64,000 nucleotides of DNA from Candidatus Poribacteria bacterium (GTDB lineage Bacteria; Poribacteria; WGA-4E; PCPOR2b). Positions 61,458 through 64,000 of this stretch are shown piece by piece (within the stretch, counting starts at the first letter, position 1; each line of letters starts with the position of its first letter). The notes under the pieces were generated by a model. That model was not told the origin of the DNA. It saw only the letters and a program-made list of their open reading frames with translations, and did no database searches. The stretch is from positions 704,001 to 768,000 of the forward strand of contig OZ244042.1 of the NCBI GenBank assembly GCA_965215015.1, written 5' to 3'. The position numbers and the translations under genes were made by a program.

Positions 61458-63155
61458 CTAACTTCCGGTAAAGGCACTTTTCCGTTCGATGATGTATTCC
61501 GTCAAAGGGCTGGGAGATGCCTGAATCCGCACGTTGACTAATGCGGGTTTGTCCGAAGCGAGGGCCCGTTCCAGGGCACCGGGTAGTTGATGCACCTCCT
61601 CGACATACTCGCCGTGGGCACCGAGTGCCTCCGCCACCTTGTCGTAACGCGAGGGCAGCAGCTCGGTCGCCACACTTTTTCCGAAGAGTTGCACCTGCTG
61701 GTGGTAGTCAATTCCCCAGACGCTATCGTTTCCAATCACAATGACCACGGGCAAGTTGTGCCGCACGGCGGTGTCCAACTCCATGCCGCTGAACCCGAAG
61801 GCACCATCTCCGGTGAGTACCACTACTTTGGATTGAGGGAGCGCGGCTTGAGCACCGACGCCATAGGATACGCCCCATCCAATCATTCCGAGCGTGCTAT
61901 TGGTAAACCAGCGTCTAGGACGAAGGCTGGGATAGTAGGGGGTCCCATAGAAGGAGAAGTCACTGCCCTCGAAGATTAAACAGTCATTCTCGTCTAGAAG
62001 GGAGCGTAGATGCTTGTGAACGGACATTGCGTGTAACGGGGTGGTGCTCGCTGCCCGGTTGTCCAAATCTTGCTCTTGGGCATCGCGGGTGGATCTGAGT
62101 TCTTCAACGATTGGCTGTTCGTTCCACCGATACCCCTCGGCTTCCTGCGCCAACTGCTTTACCACCGCGCCGACATCTCCTAAAATGCCAACATCAACGC
62201 TGCGTGGGAGACCAATCTGCTCCGCTGACGGATCCACTTGGATGATGTGTACGTCAGCGGCAAGGGTCGGTGGACCGCCGAAGGAGACGGTGAAGTCCAA
62301 TTTCTTACCGAGAAGTAGCACAACATCCGCTTCTTCCAGGCGACGTGAGACAATATTGACCCTTCCGTCCGCGAATCCGAAGCAGTAGGGGTGGGTATCG
62401 GGAACAAGTCCGCGGGCTACCTCCTCGGTGAACAGCGGAAGCTGCGTTATTTCCAAGAACCGCTGCAAATCTTCCTGATTTACGGAGTCCGTTGCATTGC
62501 TCGCTAACACCATAGGACGTTGTGCGCTCTGGAGCAATTCTATCGCTTCCCGTACAAGGGTCGGGTCCCCCATGACTCGACCGGAGCGGCGGTACACTTC
62601 GGGTGAGTCAAAATGTACCCGACTCGTATCCACTTCAGCATTTTGGACATCTACGGGTATGGTCAAGTGAATAGGACCCCGCCTACCTGCTAAGGCGGTG
62701 CGGAAAGCGCGGGCGAAAAACTCTGGGATTCGGTACGGGTCGGAGATGAACCACGCCCCTTTTGTGATGGGTTTCGCCATTCCAACCTGATCAATCTCTT
62801 GCTGTGCGATACCCTGTCCCAGTTGGTTCTGCGCTGCACAACCTGTGATGTTAATGACCGGCGATTCCATGTGATACGCCAACGCCAGTCCGGGGATAGC
62901 GTTCACATGCCCCGGCGAGGTAAACATCGATATTCCGGGGGAGCCGGTGATTCGACCCCACGCATTTGCCATGTCTACCGCAGCCTGCTCGTGACGGGTA
63001 TCAAAAAACTGAAAGCCCTCCTCCGCCATAACGTCCATCAGATGTAGGGTGTGATCACCCGCTAGGGTAAAGATTTGCTCTACCCCTTCCGCCTGCAACG
63101 CTTGGACGATAAGGTGTGAACCTGTTGCCTTCATAATAAATTTCTCCTTGTACAA
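61458..63155 (-). CDS. Thiamine-diphosphate-binding enzyme (ALS / oxalyl-CoA decarboxylase / HACL-like)
   Basis: RHEQAA, QEIDQ, GDGAFG...N and RYD motifs. Confidence 0.9.
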   Translation of the reverse strand: MYKEKFIMKATGSHLIVQALQAEGVEQIFTLAGDHTLHLMDVMAEEGFQFFDTRHEQAAVDMANAWGRITGSPGISMFTSPGHVNAIPGLALAYHMESPVINITGCAAQNQLGQGIAQQEIDQVGMAKPITKGAWFISDPYRIPEFFARAFRTALAGRRGPIHLTIPVDVQNAEVDTSRVHFDSPEVYRRSGRVMGDPTLVREAIELLQSAQRPMVLASNATDSVNQEDLQRFLEITQLPLFTEEVARGLVPDTHPYCFGFADGRVNIVSRRLEEADVVLLLGKKLDFTVSFGGPPTLAADVHIIQVDPSAEQIGLPRSVDVGILGDVGAVVKQLAQEAEGYRWNEQPIVEELRSTRDAQEQDLDNRAASTTPLHAMSVHKHLRSLLDENDCLIFEGSDFSFYGTPYYPSLRPRRWFTNSTLGMIGWGVSYGVGAQAALPQSKVVVLTGDGAFGFSGMELDTAVRHNLPVVIVIGNDSVWGIDYHQQVQLFGKSVATELLPSRYDKVAEALGAHGEYVEEVHQLPGALERALASDKPALVNVRIQASPSPLTEYIIERKSAFTGS

Positions 63156-63173
63156 CTTGGCTGTGGAAAGCCC

Positions 63174-63995
63174 CTAAACCTCCACGCGCACCGCCCGCCC
63201 AGATTCCCCAGACTCGATGATGGCGTTCAAGGTAGCGAGGACCGGCAGGTTGTTGCGACCACTAGTTTCCGGTTCAGGGCCGCCGTTCACCCAGTTGGCA
63301 AACGTGGCAGCAACGTGTTGGTCAAGTTGACGTGAGTCAGCGAAACCCGGATCAATTTCTGTCTCACTTAGTCCAGTCCCCTGATTTGTCCCGATGAGCA
63401 AAGTTTCCTGACCGCCGAAGCCTCGTGGACTGTGCAAGACAACTGCACCGTGTTCACACTCAGCGCGGAATTCACCGGTGTTCACACGGGCATCGGAAGT
63501 GGATACAATTACGAAACGGGCACCATTATCGAAGGTAATTTCAGCGACAGCAGTGGATTCGCGATTCCATGTCGTTGCCGGTGGTCGGTAAGAATGACCA
63601 AATACCTCCACCACGCGCCGGTTCACCATCGCAATCAGCGAATCAATTTCGTGGACGGTCATCTGCCAAAGTTGCGAGTGCTCGGAGTCGGGATACTCCC
63701 CACCACGGGCTTTGTAGGTAAACATGTGTCCGGTCTGTGGTTCGCCATAAGCCCCCTCGGTCATCAAACGTCGCACCGTGCGCTGTCCGGGCAGGTATCG
63801 CCACTGTTGCGTTACAACGATTTTTAGCCCACGAGCCTCCGCCCTCTCGGTCAATCGTTTAGCGGGTGCAAGTTGCAGCGTAAAGGGCTTTTCCACCATA
63901 ACGTGCTTGCCGGCTTCAATTGCTTCCTCAACTAATTCATCATGCGTACGCGCCCAAGTGGCGATAACAACACCATCACAGTGGGATTGTTCCAA
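63174..63995 (-). CDS. Gfo/Idh/MocA oxidoreductase; 5' end lies outside the window
   Basis: GKHVMVEKP and VHEID motifs; the ORF runs to the window edge. Confidence 0.8.
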   Translation of the reverse strand: MEQSHCDGVVIATWARTHDELVEEAIEAGKHVMVEKPFTLQLAPAKRLTERAEARGLKIVVTQQWRYLPGQRTVRRLMTEGAYGEPQTGHMFTYKARGGEYPDSEHSQLWQMTVHEIDSLIAMVNRRVVEVFGHSYRPPATTWNRESTAVAEITFDNGARFVIVSTSDARVNTGEFRAECEHGAVVLHSPRGFGGQETLLIGTNQGTGLSETEIDPGFADSRQLDQHVAATFANWVNGGPEPETSGRNNLPVLATLNAIIESGESGRAVRVEV

Positions 63996-64000
63996 CGCCT

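Overview
Bacterial chromosomal segment, probably Candidatus Poribacteria or a relative. This is inferred from several PhyH-family dioxygenases, many SDR/DegT/Gfo-Idh-MocA enzymes, a TolB-like protein ending in a 'TxWGxIK' tail, and dense intergenic hairpin repeats. Contents in order: yqeK-yacG-nadD; a ~12 kb surface-glycan locus (WbpB/WbpD/WbpE-like enzymes, epimerase, an asnB-type amidotransferase split at a G10 tract, GNAT/FemAB protein, sulfotransferase, flippase); queC; a GT9; a phosphofructokinase homologue with degenerate catalytic motifs; a phnY-phnZ pair; a 2.6 kb non-coding array of 18 ~100-bp hairpin units joined by three re-used linker types, one of which encodes an LYGLxPEExAIVE peptide resembling the C-terminus of type IIG R-M enzymes; tRNA-Asp/Val/Asp; serS; a tandem-rhodanese sulfurtransferase with TGA at its catalytic Cys position (probable selenoprotein); a trans-sulfuration lyase; a stand-alone family A DNA polymerase with a 70-aa helical insertion in its exonuclease domain; glnE; aroB; and several catabolic genes. 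MITE/REP-like repeats and four pseudogenes are also present. All calls were made by eye from motifs; no database search was run.
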